Positions 1 through 11,124 of a stretch of DNA of 64,000 nt are shown one piece after another. Origin of the DNA: Squalus acanthias (lineage: Eukaryota); the NCBI GenBank assembly GCA_030390025.1, contig JASTWF010000034.1, positions 3,348,001 through 3,412,000 on the forward strand. The letters are read 5' to 3'. Position 1 is the stretch's first letter; every line of letters starts with the position of its first letter. A program made the position numbers and the translations under genes. Below the pieces are notes generated by a model. It made no database searches and was not told the origin of the DNA. It saw only the letters and a program-made list of their open reading frames with translations.

Positions 1-150
1 AGAGTGGAGGAAATAACACATGTGACAGTCTGTGATAGGGTGGAAGGCAGGAGTGGTTAAATGTTACAAATGGGGATGACAGAATCATCAACAGCTGTCT
101 CCTGAGCTGCAGTCAGAGTGGGAGTGGAGCGTAGAATTAAAGTGACAAGC

Positions 151-282
151 GTTCCATCCCACTCTGACCACTCTGTCCTCGGCCTCTTACAACGTAAGCT
201 CGAGGAACAACACCTCATCTTTCTATTAGGCACTTTACAGCCTTCTGGACTCAACACTGAGTTCAACAATTTCAGACCATAA
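151..282 (+). mobile_element. Penelope-like element fragment (C-terminus of GIY-YIG endonuclease)
   Basis: Frame from 151 reads VPSHSDHSVLGLLQRKLEEQHLIFLLGTLQPSGLNTEFNNFRP*, the typical RKLEEQHLIFxLGTLQPxGLN end of fish Penelope ORFs. Positions 1-80 may be an inverted UTR piece of the same family. Confidence 0.75.
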
Positions 283-315
283 CCTCGGCCCCCATTTATT
301 CAGGAGGCAGCTGTT

Positions 316-1976
316 GATGTCGGTGTGGTGCCAGAAGACTGGAGAATTGCAAATGTTAAACCCTTGTTCAAAAACTGGTGTAAGGATAAACCCACAAAAT
401 ACAGAGCAGTCAGTTTAACCTTGGTGATTGGGAAGCTTATAGAAACAATTAATGGGACAAAATTAACAGTCACTTGGACAAGTGTGGATTAATTAAGGAA
501 ATCCAGCACGGATTTGTCAAAGGCAATCGTGTTTATCTAACTTGACGTGTTTTCTGATCATTTAACAGAGAGAGTTGATGAGCGGAATGCGGTTGACATG
601 GATTTCAAAAAGACGTTGATAAAGTGCCATATAATAGGTTTGCCAGCAAAGTTGAAGTCCTTGGAATAAAAGGGGCAGTGCAGCATGGATAAAAAATTGG
701 TTAAGTGACAGGAAACTGAGAGTAGTGGTGAACGGTTGTTTTCTGGACTGAAGAAGGTACACAGTGGTGTTCCCCAGGGGTCGGTACTCGGAATACTGCT
801 TTTCTTGATATATGTTAATGACTTCGACTTGAGTGTACAGGGCACCATTTCAAAATCTGCAGATGAGACAAAACTTGGAAGTAAAGTGAATAGTGAGGAG
901 GATAGTGATAGATTTGAAGAGGACAGAGACATGCTGATGAAATGGGCGGACACGTGGCAGATGAAATTTAATGCAGAAAAGTGTGAAATGATACAATCTG
1001 GCAGGAAGAATGAGGAGAACCAATGTGAACTAAAGGGTACAATTCTAAAAGTGGTGCATGGACAGCGTTGAAGGTTGCAGGGCAGGTTGAGAAAGCGGCT
1101 AAAAAAGCACACGAGATCCTGGGCTTCATAAATAGAGGCATAGAGTACAGAAATAAGGAAGTTATGATGAACTTTTATAAAATTGAGAGGTCGCACAACA
1201 CCAGGTTATAGTCCAACAGTTTTATTTGAAATCACAAGCTTTCGGAGCTATCGATTTGCTCCTTCCTCAGGAAGGAGCAAATCGATAGCTCCGAAAGCTT
1301 GTGATTTCAAATAAAACTGTTGGACTATAACCTGGTGTTGTGCGACCTCTCAATTTTGTCCACCCCAGTCCAACACCGGCATCTCCGCATCATGAACTTT
1401 TACAAAACACTGGTTCAGCCTCAATTGGAGTATTGTGTCCAATTCTGGGCACCACACTTTAGGAAGGATTTGAATGACTTAGAGCGGGTGGAGAAAGGAT
1501 TTACAAGAATGATTCCAGGGATTCGGGACTTCAGTTATGTGGAGAGACTGGAGAAGCTGTGGTTGTTATTCTTAGAGCAGAGAAGGCTGAGAGGAGATGT
1601 GATAGAGGTGTTCAAAATCATGAGGGCTCTGGACAGAGTAGATAGAGAGAAACTGTTCCCATTGGTGGAAAGGTCACGAATCAGAGGACACAGATTTATG
1701 GTGATTGGCAGAATAACCAAAGGGGACATGAGAAAAAACTTTTTTACGCAGCGAGTGGTTAGGATCTGGAATGCACTGCCTCAAAGGGTGGAGGAGGCAG
1801 ATTGAATCGTGGCTTTCAAAACGGAATTGGCGAAGTACCGAAAGGAAAAAAAATGCCCGGCTTCGGGGCAAGCGCGTGGGAGTGGGATTTGCTGAAGTGC
1901 TCTTGCTGAGAGCTGGCACGGGCTCGATGGGCCGAATGGCCTCCTTCTGCGTTGTAACCATTCTATGATTCTATCT
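316..1976 (+). mobile_element. CR1-clade LINE, decayed 3' half (RT domain to 3' tail)
   Basis: Frameshifted RT motifs [18 protein letters not shown] (from FADDTKLG), LEYCVQFWAPH, FFTQRVVRIWNALP; 3' tail ...gggccgaatggcctccttct...ttctatgattctat. Interrupted at ~1183-1391. Confidence 0.92.
1183..1391. mobile_element. Penelope-derived pLTR insertion folded into a perfect palindrome, with a hammerhead-like core
   Basis: 89-bp arms (1179-1267 / 1269-1357) centred on 1268. Minus strand reads CTGAGGA-AGGAGC-aaatcgata-GCTCC-GAAAGCTT. Flanked by a 16-bp direct repeat ATGAACTTTTA(T/C)AAAA at 1167-1182 and 1392-1407. Confidence 0.75.
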
Positions 1977-1984
1977 TTTAAGAA

Positions 1985-2439
1985 AAAAGACCTCCATTTA
2001 TATAGTACCTTTCACGACCACCAGACATCTCAAAACGCTTTACGGACAATGAAGTAATTTTGGAAATGTAGTCACTGTTGTAATGTGGGAAACGCGGCAG
2101 CCAGTTTGCACGCAGCAAGCTCCCACAAACAGCAGTGTGATAATGACCAGATAATCTGTTTCGTTGATTGCGAGGCAAGCATTGGCTATGACTCAGGGAA
2201 TATCTCCCCTGCTCTTCTTCGAAATAGGGCCATGGGATCTTTTACGTCCACCTGAGAGCACAGACAGGGCCTCGGTTTAACGTCTCATCTGAAAGACGGC
2301 ACCTCCGACAGTGCAGCACTCCCTCAGTACTGCACTGGAGTGTCAGCCTAGATTTATGTGTTGCAAGTCCCTGGAGTGGGACTTGAACCCACAACCTTCT
2401 GAGATCAGAAGCGAGTGTGCTACCCACTGAGCCACAGCT
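1985..2439 (-). mobile_element. tRNA-derived Deu-domain SINE (SacSINE1/AmnSINE1-like)
   Basis: Minus-strand head with A box TGGCTCAGTGG and B box GGTTCAAGTCC; central Deu-domain-like GCCGTCTTTCAGATGAGACGTTAAACCGAGGCC...GTGGACGTAAAAGATCCCATGGC. Confidence 0.85.
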
Positions 2440-2555
2440 AACACATTATTCCTCCCTTTTTATGTCACTTTCTAGTCTTTTGTTCTCAACTTTAGATCAA
2501 TACAGGAAGAGAAACTCCCTTCTCTCTATTCTGTCCTCGGTATTTTTGGACTCTA

Positions 2556-2699
2556 CAGGAATAAAGGCATATAAGGATGGGGTGGGTGTGGGTGGAATGT
2601 GGACATAAGGTCGATGATCATACATGATCTCATTCAATGAAGGGCTCGAAGGGCCGTATAGCCGACTCCTGCTCGTAATTCTTATTTTCTTATGTATAT
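2556..2699 (+). mobile_element. Short CR1 3'-tail fragment
   Basis: gatcatacatgatctcattcaatga...ggctcgaagggccg...ctcctgctc...ttcttatgt resembles the CR1 tail at 29015-29100. Confidence 0.7.
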
Positions 2700-3098
2700 G
2701 GGCAGATGAAATATTGCGTATTCGCTCACTTTTAATTTAAAATTGAGTACAATAAGGTGAGCTACATTGTGTTGCAGTAAAGTGTTGTGGTGACAATGGT
2801 TCAATGAGTCTGTTTGTTCAATGACTGTAATTAATGCCAGTTACAGTGAGGCCTAATGATGTCACTCAGGCATTTCCCTCTGCTCTAAATAAGGAGCTCC
2901 CTTCACTGTGTCACCTCACACAGTCAGCGCGCTGCCCCCAGCACAAAGACCACCAGTCACTCACAGAAGGTAAGGCATGGATTGGGGAGAAGTGCTGAGG
3001 AAATTAGTAATATGGTATGATATATAAAATATGTACTATCCCCTCCTCACTGCTGTTGATGTTCCCAGTAAGGATCTGTGTCCAGTTATTAATTCTAA

Positions 3099-3329
3099 GT
3101 GATGGAGAGGCCCAGAGAAAGAGCTTGGCGCTTCAGTGACGAGGCATTGCTGGCTCTGGTTGGTGCTGTGGAACGGCGATGGGCAGTGTTGCTCCCTGAG
3201 AGTGGCAGGAGACCATTGCCCCGGGAGTTTAGAAGGGTATGGAGGGAGGTGGCTCAGCACATCTCCTCGACGAGCCTGGTGCCGCGGACCCACACCCAAT
3301 GTCGGAAGAAGTTCAATGAGCTCACTCGG
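3099..3329 (+). pseudogene. Myb/SANT-like DNA-binding protein exon of Harbinger element 1
   Basis: MERPRERAWRFSDEALLALVGAVERRWAVL...WREVAQHISSTSLVPRTHTQCRKKFNELTR is a trihelix Myb/SANT pattern as in Harbinger ORF2/NAIF1. Similarity ends at a GT near 3329; an upstream donor AAG|GTAAGG (~2969) and AG acceptor (~3098) suggest a 5' UTR exon. Confidence 0.85.
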
Positions 3330-3557
3330 GTGATTACGTACTTTTCAATACCTCTACATCCCTCCATCTCAACTTCAATCTGTGCCCAGAGGATTTACAA
3401 ACCCAAATGCCCAACACTCATCCAAACCTATGGCCATCGCATAAAACACACATCCACATCCCACACCTTGCACACATTAATGGCTATTCAACTAGGGGAG
3501 ACACCTCTGCCAAAAACATGGCTGCACACAGTAACGGCTGTTCAACTATGCTAGGCA

Positions 3558-4856
3558 CATCCTGGTGACTCCAGGATGGTATGTTGCCTCCCTGGTGCCA
3601 GGGTCAAGGATGTCACAGAACGGCTGCTGGGCATTCTGAAGGGGTGGAACAGTCAGAGGTCGTGGTTCACATTGGCACCAACGACATAGGTAGAAAGAGG
3701 GATGAGATCCTGCAACAAAATTTAGGGAGTTAGGTAGCAGATTAAAAAGCAGGACCTCAAAGGTTGTAATCTCTGGATTACTCTCGGTGCCACGTGCTAG
3801 TGAGTATAGGAATAGGAGGATAGAGCATATGAATGCGTGGCTAAAGAGTTGGTGCAGGAGGGAGGGATTTAGTTTGATGGATCACTGGGTCTCCTTCTGG
3901 GGAAGGTGGGACCTGTACAAGTCGGAAGGGTTGCACCTGAACCGGAAAGGGACCAACATCCTTGTGGGGAGGTTTGCTAGTGCTGTTGGCGGGGGTTAAA
4001 CTAACATGGCAGGGGGATGGGATACGGAATGGAGCTATAGTAGGGGGTGATGCACAGCCAAATATAGAGAAAAGAACAACTCAGACTGGAAGTCAGAGCA
4101 AATATGTAACGGCACAAGGGGTTATGGCAAGGCTGGATGGCATTTATTTTAATGCAAACAGTCTTACGAGTAAGGCAGATGAATTGAAGGTGTTGATGAA
4201 CACATGGGAGTATGATAGTGTTGCTATCACAGAGACATGATTGAGGGAAGGGCAGGACTGGCAGCTCAATATTCCGGGATATAGAATCTTCAGGCGAGAC
4301 AGAGGAGGGTGTAAAAGAGAAGGGTGTATCTCAATATTAATCAAGGAGTCAATTACTGCAGTAAGGAGGGATGATATCTCAGCAGGTTCCTCTAATGAGG
4401 CCCGATGGGTAGACCTTAAAAACAAAAAGAAGGCAAGCACTTTGCTGGAAGTGTACTGAGGCCCCCAAACAGTCTGGGGGAGATAGAGGAACAGATATGT
4501 AGGCAAATCTCAGAGATGTGCAGAAAAAATAGGTTAATAATAGTAGGGGATTTCAATTTCCTCAATATTAACTGGGATAGTCAGAGTTTGAAAGACTTAG
4601 AGGGTGCGGAATTCTTAAAGTTCATCCAGGAGAGCTTTTTGAGCCAGCATGTAAAAAGTCCTACAAGAGAGAGGGCAGTACTGGACCTAATTCTAGGGAA
4701 TGACCGCGGGCAAGTGGTAGAAGTGTCAGTAGGAGAGCATTTTGGTGACAGTGACCATAATTCGGTGAGATTGAAGGTAGTCATGGAAAAGGACAAAGAT
4801 GGATCGGAAATAAAGGTTCTAAATTGGGGGAAGGCCGATTTTAATATGATAAGGCA
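3558..4856 (+). mobile_element. Internal CR1 fragment: ORF1 SGNH esterase C-half plus ORF2 APE endonuclease
   Basis: MVCCLPGARVKDV, VVHIGTNDI, GLHLNRKG (esterase); YFNANSL, AITET, IVGDFNF, LDLILGN, DSDHNSV (APE). Stops and frameshifts; both element ends are missing. Confidence 0.88.
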
Positions 4857-4871
4857 GTGTCTGCCCAAAAC

Positions 4872-7800
4872 AGGGTGGGAAGGGGGGAAGTGCGCAGGGG
4901 ATGGAGGTCAGCCTTGCTGCAGCCAGTGGGACACATTAGGAGAAGCAGTAGGGTGGGAAGGGGGCAAGTGCGCAGGGGATGGAGTTTACTCTTGCTGCAG
5001 CCACTGGGGCCACATTAGGAGGAGCAGTAGTTTGGGAAGGGGGGGAGTGCGCAGGGGGTGGAGGTCACCCTTGCTGCAGCCAGTGGTGCCACATTAGCAG
5101 GAGCAGTAGGGTGGGAAGAGGGCAAGTGCGCAGGGGTTGGAGGTCACCCTTGCTGCAGCCACTGGGGCCACATTAGGTGGAGCAGTCGGGTGGGAAGGGG
5201 GGAAGTGCACAGAGGATGTAGGTCACCCTTGCTGCAGCCACTGGTGCCACATTACAGAGGAGCAGTAGGGTGGGAATGGGAAAGTGCGCAGGGGATGGAG
5301 GTCACCAACGCTGCAGCCAGTGGGGCCACATTACAGAGGAGCAGTAGGGTGGGAAGGGGGGAAGGGCGCAGGGGATGGAGGTCAACCTCGCTGCAGCCAC
5401 TGGGGCCACATTAGGAGGAGCAGTAGGGTGGGAAGTGGGGAAGTGCGCAGGGGATGGAGGTCACCCTTGCTGCAGCCACTGGAGCCACATTAGGAGGATC
5501 AGTAGGGTGGGAAGGGGGGAAGTGCGAAGGGGATGGAGGTCACCCTTGCTGCAGCCACTGGGGCCAGATTACAGAGGAGCAGTAGGGTGGGAAGGGGGCT
5601 AGTGCGCAGGCGATGGAGGTCATCCTTGCTGCAGCCAGTGGGGCCAAATGAGGAGGAGCAGTAGGGTGGGAAGGGGGTAAGTGCAAAGGGGATGGAGGTC
5701 ACCCTCGCTGCAGACAGTGGTGCCACATTAGGAGGAGCAGTAGTGTGGGAAGGGTGAGGTGCGCAGGGGATGGAGGTCACCCTAGCTGCAGCCAGTGGAG
5801 CCACATTACAGAGGAGCAGTAGGGTGGGAAGGGGGGAAGTGTGCAGGGGATGGAGGTCCCACGTGCAGCAGCCACTGGGACCATATTACAGAGGAGCAGT
5901 AGGGTGGGAAGGGGGGAAGTGCGCAGGGGATGGTGGTCACCCTTGCTGCAGCCAGTGGGGCCACATTCCAGAGGAGCAGTAGGGTGGGAAGGGGGGATGT
6001 GCGCAGGGGATGGAGGTCACCCTTGCTGCAGCCAGTGGGGCCAAATGAGGAGGAGCAGTAGGGTTGGAAGGGGGGGAAGTGCGCAGGGGATGGAGGTCAC
6101 CCTTGCTGCAGCCAGTGGCCCCACATTAGGAGGAGCAGTAGGGTGGGAAGGGGGGAAGTGCGCAGGGGATGGATGTCACCCTCGCTGCAGCCAGTGGGGC
6201 CACATTACAGAGGAGCAGTAGGGTGGGAAGGGGGGAAGTACGCAGTGGACGGAGGTCACCCTCGCTGCAGCCAGTGGGGCCACATTACAGAGGAGCGGCA
6301 GGGTGGGAAGGGGGAAGTGCGCAGGGGATGGAGGTCACCCTTGCTGCAGCCAATGGGGCCACATTACAGAGGAGCAGTAGGGTGGGAAGTGAGGAAATGC
6401 GCAGGGGAAGAGGTCACCCTTGCTGCAGCCACTGGGGCCACATTAGGAAGAGCAGTAGCGTGAGAAGGGGGCAAATGCGCAGGGGATGGAGGTCACCCTT
6501 GCTGCAGCCAGTGGGGCCACATTACAGAGGAGCAGTAGTGTGGGAAGAGGGGAAGTGCGCAGGGGATGGAGGACACCTTGCTGTAGCCATTGGGGCCACA
6601 TTAGGAGGAGCAGTAGGGTGGGAAGGGGGGAAGTGCGCAGGGGATGGAGGTCACCCTTGCTGCAGCCACTGGAGCCACATTAGGAGGAGCAGTAGGGTGG
6701 GAAGGGAGGACGTGCGCAGAGGATGGAGGTCACCCTTGCTGCAGCCAGTGGGGCCACATTACAGAGGAGCAGTAGGGTGGAAAGGGGCGAAGTGCGCAGT
6801 GGATGGAGGTCTCCCTCGGTGCAGCCACTGGGGCCACATTAGGTGGAGCAGTAGGGTGGGAAGGGGGAAGTGCGCAGAGGATGGAGGTCACCCTTGCTGC
6901 AGCCACTGGGGCCACATTAGGTGGAGCAGTCGGGTGGGAAGGGGGGAAGTGCACAGAGGATGTAGGTCACCCTTGCTGCAGCCACTGGTGCCACATTACA
7001 GAGGAGCAGTAGGGTGGGAATGGGAAAGTGCGCAGGGGATGGAGGTCACCAACGCTGCAGCCAGTGGGGCCACATTACAGAGGAGCAGTAGGGTGGGAAG
7101 GGGGGAAGGGCGCAGGGGATGGAGGTCAACCTCGCTGCAGCCACTGGGGCCACATTAGGAGGAGCAGTAGGGTGGGAAGTGGGGAAGTGCGCAGGGGATG
7201 GAGGTCACCCTTGCTGCAGCCACTGGAGCCACATTAGGAGGATCAGTAGGGTGGGAAGGGGGGAAGTGCGAAGGGGATGGAGGTCACCCTTGCTGCAGCC
7301 ACTGGGGCCAGATTACAGAGGAGCAGTAGGGTGGGAAGGGGGCTAGTGCGCAGGCGATGGAGGTCATCCTTGCTGCAGCCAGTGGGGCCAAATGAGGAGG
7401 AGCAGTAGGGTGGGAAGGGGGTAAGTGCACAGGGGATGGAGGTCACCCTCGCTGCAGACAGTGGTGCCACATTAGGAGGAGCAGTAGTGTGGGAAGGGTG
7501 AGGTGCGCAGGGGATGGAGGTCACCCTAGCTGCAGCCAGTGGAGCCACATTACAGAGGAGCAGTAGGGTGGGAAGGGGGGAAGTGTGCAGGGGATGGAGG
7601 TCCCACGTGCAGCAGCCACTGGGGCCATATTACAGAGGAGCAGTAGGGTGGGAAGGGGGGAAGTACGCAGGGGATGGTGGTCACCCTTGCTGCAGCCAGT
7701 GGGGCCACATTCCAGAGGAGCAGTAGGGTGGGAAGGGGGGATGTGCGCAGGGGATGGAGGTCACCCTTGCTGCAGCCAGTGGGGCCAAATGAGGAGGAGC

Positions 7801-9113
7801 AGTAGGGTTGGAAGGGGGGGAAGTGCGCAGGGGATGGAGGTCACCCTTGCTGCAGCCAGTGGCCCCACATTAGGAGGAGCAGTAGGGTGGGAAGGGGGGA
7901 AGTGCGCAGGGGATGGATGTCACCCTCGCTGCAGCCAGTGGGGCCACATTACAGAGGAGCAGTAGGGTGGGAAGGGGGGAAGTACGCAGTGGATGGAGGT
8001 CACCCTCGCTGCAGCCAGTGGGGCCACATTACAGAGGAGCGGCAGGGTGGGAAGGGGGAAGTGCGCAGGGGATGGAGGTCACCCTTGCTGCAGCCAATGG
8101 GGCCACATTACAGAGGAGCAGTAGGGTGGGAAGTGGGGAAATGCGCAGGGGAAGAGGTCACCCTTGCTGCAGCCACTGGGGCCACATTAGGAAGAGCAGT
8201 AGCGTGAGAAGGGGGCAAATGCGCAATGGATGGAGGTCACCCTTGCTGCAGCCAGTGGGGCCACATTACAGAGGAGCAGTAGTGTGGGAAGAGGGGAAGT
8301 GCGCAGGGGATGGAGGACACCTTGCTGCAGCCATTGGGGCCACATTAGGAGGAGCAGTAGGGTGGGAAGGGGGGAAGTGCGCAGGGGATGGAGGTCACCC
8401 TTGCTGCAGCCACTGGAGCCACATTAGGAGGAGCAGTAGGGTGGGAAGGGAGGACGTGCGCAGAGGATGGAGGTCACCCTTGCTGCAGCCAGTGGGGCCG
8501 CATTACAGAGGAGCAGTACGGTGGGAAGGGGGGAAGTGCGCAGAGGATGGAGGTCTCCCTCGCTGCAGCCACTGGGGCCACATTAGGTGGAGCAGTAGGG
8601 TGGGAAGGGGGAAGTGCGCAGAGGATGGAGTTCACCCTTGCTGCAGCCAGCGGGGACACATTAGGAGGAGCAGTAGGGTGGGAAGGGGGGAAGTGCGAAG
8701 GGGATGGAGGTCACCCTTGCTGCAGCCAGTGGGGCCACATTACAGAGGAGCAGTAGTGTGGGAAGAGGGGAAGTGCGCAGGGGATGGAGGACACCTTGCT
8801 GCAGCCATTGGGGCCACATTAGGTGGAGCAGTAGGGTGGGAAGGGGGGAAGTGCGCAGGGGGTGGAGGTCACCTTCGCTGCAGCCAGTGGGGCCACATTA
8901 AAGAGGAGCAGTAGGGTGGGAAGGGGGTAAGTTCTCAGGGGATGGAGGTCACCCTCGCTGCAGCCACTGGGGCCACATTAGTAGGAACAGTAGGGTGGGA
9001 AGAGGGGAAGTGCGCAGTGGATGGAAGTCACCCGTGCTGCAGCCAGTGGACCCACATTAGGAGGAGCAGTAGGGTGGGGAGGGGGAAGTGCGCAGGGGAT
9101 GGAGGTCACCCTC
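4872..9113 (+). repeat. 79-bp G-rich tandem repeat, ~54 copies, with a 1744-bp higher-order duplication
   Basis: Unit gggtgggaaggggggaagtgcgcaggggatggaggtcacccttgctgcagccagtggggccacattaggaggagcagta (79-80 bp). Identical variant ORFs recur at offset 1744 (5284/7028, 5375/7119, 6143/7887). Confidence 0.97.
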
Positions 9114-9436
9114 GAAGGCCAACTGTTGAATCTGTAATTAAATCGGGGGAATGTTTGTGGGAAAGTTCGAGGTTGTTGTTATTATATTTGTTGACTGTTT
9201 TGCCGTTTATCTCCATGTTGTGAGGACAAGTTTTGTTAGTTCATGAATTGTTGGGCTTGTTTCTAATTGTTTGTCCTGAATAAATGGCACAGATTTTGTA
9301 ACATAAATAATGTTTTTTATTGTTACTTTACATCTTTCTTGATTTGAATCATTGCAGCTTTGCCCGGCAACAGGGTGTGCGGGATACTTTCAGTGATGTG
9401 CTTCTTCATCCCAGAAGCCATCTTCTCAGTAAGGGG

Positions 9437-10570
9437 TTACAATCGGTGTCTTATCAGCCATTCACGGACGGCCCTTTCAGTGGCAACATTGTGCACCTCC
9501 CTCCCACGTTGGTGCTGCTGATCCTCCTCTTCATCCTCCTCCTCCGCCTTTCCCTCTTGCCCCTCCTCCTCAGGTGATGCACGAATCCTTGGTGGCAATG
9601 GCTGGGCCCTCATGATTGCAATGATATGAAGCATGCAGCACTCAACAATGAAGAGGAGACTCGCTCTGGAGATTACTGCAGGGCTCCTCCTGAGTGGTCC
9701 AGACACCGGAGCCGTTGTTTGAAGACCCCGAACGTTTACTCTGAGGTTCCTGGTGGCGCTATGGCTCTCTATCTATTGCAGCTCGGCAGGGGTGTTGGGT
9801 TTATGGAGCGGTGTCATCAGCCAGGTGCAGAGCGGATAATCCTTGTCCCCGAGGTGCCATCCACTAGGTTGACACGATGGTAGGAAGAGGTCTGTTGCAG
9901 GATAAAAGTATCGTCTCTGCTGCCATGATGGCGGGCATTGACGGCGAGTCTGAGCTGTCTGTGGTCACAAACCAACTGGACATTCAAAGAGTGGAAGCCC
10001 TTGTGGTTTCGGAACACCTCTGCATTCTCATGGGGTGCCCACAATGCCACATGCATGCAGTGAAAGGCACTCTGAACCATGGGGAAGCCCGCTATCCTCG
10101 CAGAGCCACATGCGCGTTCGCGCTGTTTGTAATGGGAAGAGATGTACTGGCGTCTCCTCTTATACAAAGCCTTTGTCACCTTCCGGATGCAACAATGAAC
10201 AGCGATCTGGGAGATATTCACTGTGTTCCTTATAGAGGCCTGAAAGGAACCGCTGACTTAGAAATTCAGTGCCACTGTCACCTTCACTGCCACCGACAAA
10301 GACGTCCTGGTCCTGAGCTGAGGCTGCAGATCTGGTTGCAGGAGATGGCAGAGCTCAGTGACCACCTCCTTGCTGAAGCGCAGCCATTGGAAACACTGCT
10401 CCTCAGACAAATGGAAAATAGGAGGACAATTCCTCCCTGAATACCCTGGGAGGGTAAGGTCTCATGATGGCCCTACTCCCTCTGGTCGCGTTTGCAACAC
10501 TCTCTCTCTCCGCTTCTGCTGTCTCCGAAGGTGAAGCTGGACGTCGCCCCAAGTTAGTGCAGCCCACATC
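9437..10570 (-). pseudogene. Harbinger/PIF DDE transposase, decayed (element 1)
   Basis: RPYPPRVFRE; ISQIAVHCCIRKVTKALY; IAGFPMVQSAFHCMHVAL (catalytic D of DCTH lost); [29 protein letters not shown]; acidic tract then VREWLIRHRL. Several frameshifts. Confidence 0.9.
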
Positions 10571-10987
10571 GAAGCTTCCAAATATCGTTAGAAGGAAGAT
10601 TAAATAAAAATGAACCTCCAAATTGGTGCTCATGACCCAAAACTCCTTCGGTGAGTGTCGACTCTCTCCAGACGTGTCTCTCCCTCTCAACCTGCTCCTA
10701 TCGCCCCGTTACCCCTCCCCCCGAAGGAGCTCAGTGGAGGTGGTCACCAACCGACTTTTCCCCCCATGATTATCTGTGTTTCTCTCTTTGTCGTTCCCCA
10801 TCCCATCCGCGCTGCTGTCAGCTATTGATTCTGAAGGTGAATTCGTGTTACCAAGATTCAAATGTTCAACTCAAGTAAATTTATTGGAGGTGACTCTTTA
10901 TTGAACGAATTTCAGTCTGCTACCTACACTGAACATTTATATCAGATCAGAAGAATGCTGTCTTGGTAAAGGAGACTTTTCACCTAA

Positions 10988-11124
10988 TGGCGAAAGGCCA
11001 TCGACCTGAAACGTTAACTCTGTTTCTCTCTTTCTCCACAGATGCTGCCTGACCCGCTGAGTATTTCCATCATTTTCCGTTTTCATTTCAGATTTCCAGT
11101 ATCCACAGTATTTTGCTTTTGATT
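10988..11124 (+). mobile_element. Penelope-type pLTR relic with degenerate hammerhead motif
   Basis: gaaaggccatcgacctgaaacgttaactctg...ccacagatgctgcctgacc...tttcagatttccag; a second copy lies at 30290-30421. The CUGANGA box is mutated. Confidence 0.7.

Noticed and set aside
4979..9223. Many overlapping ORFs up to 333 aa
   Set aside because: By-products of the stop-poor 79-bp repeat cycling through frames.
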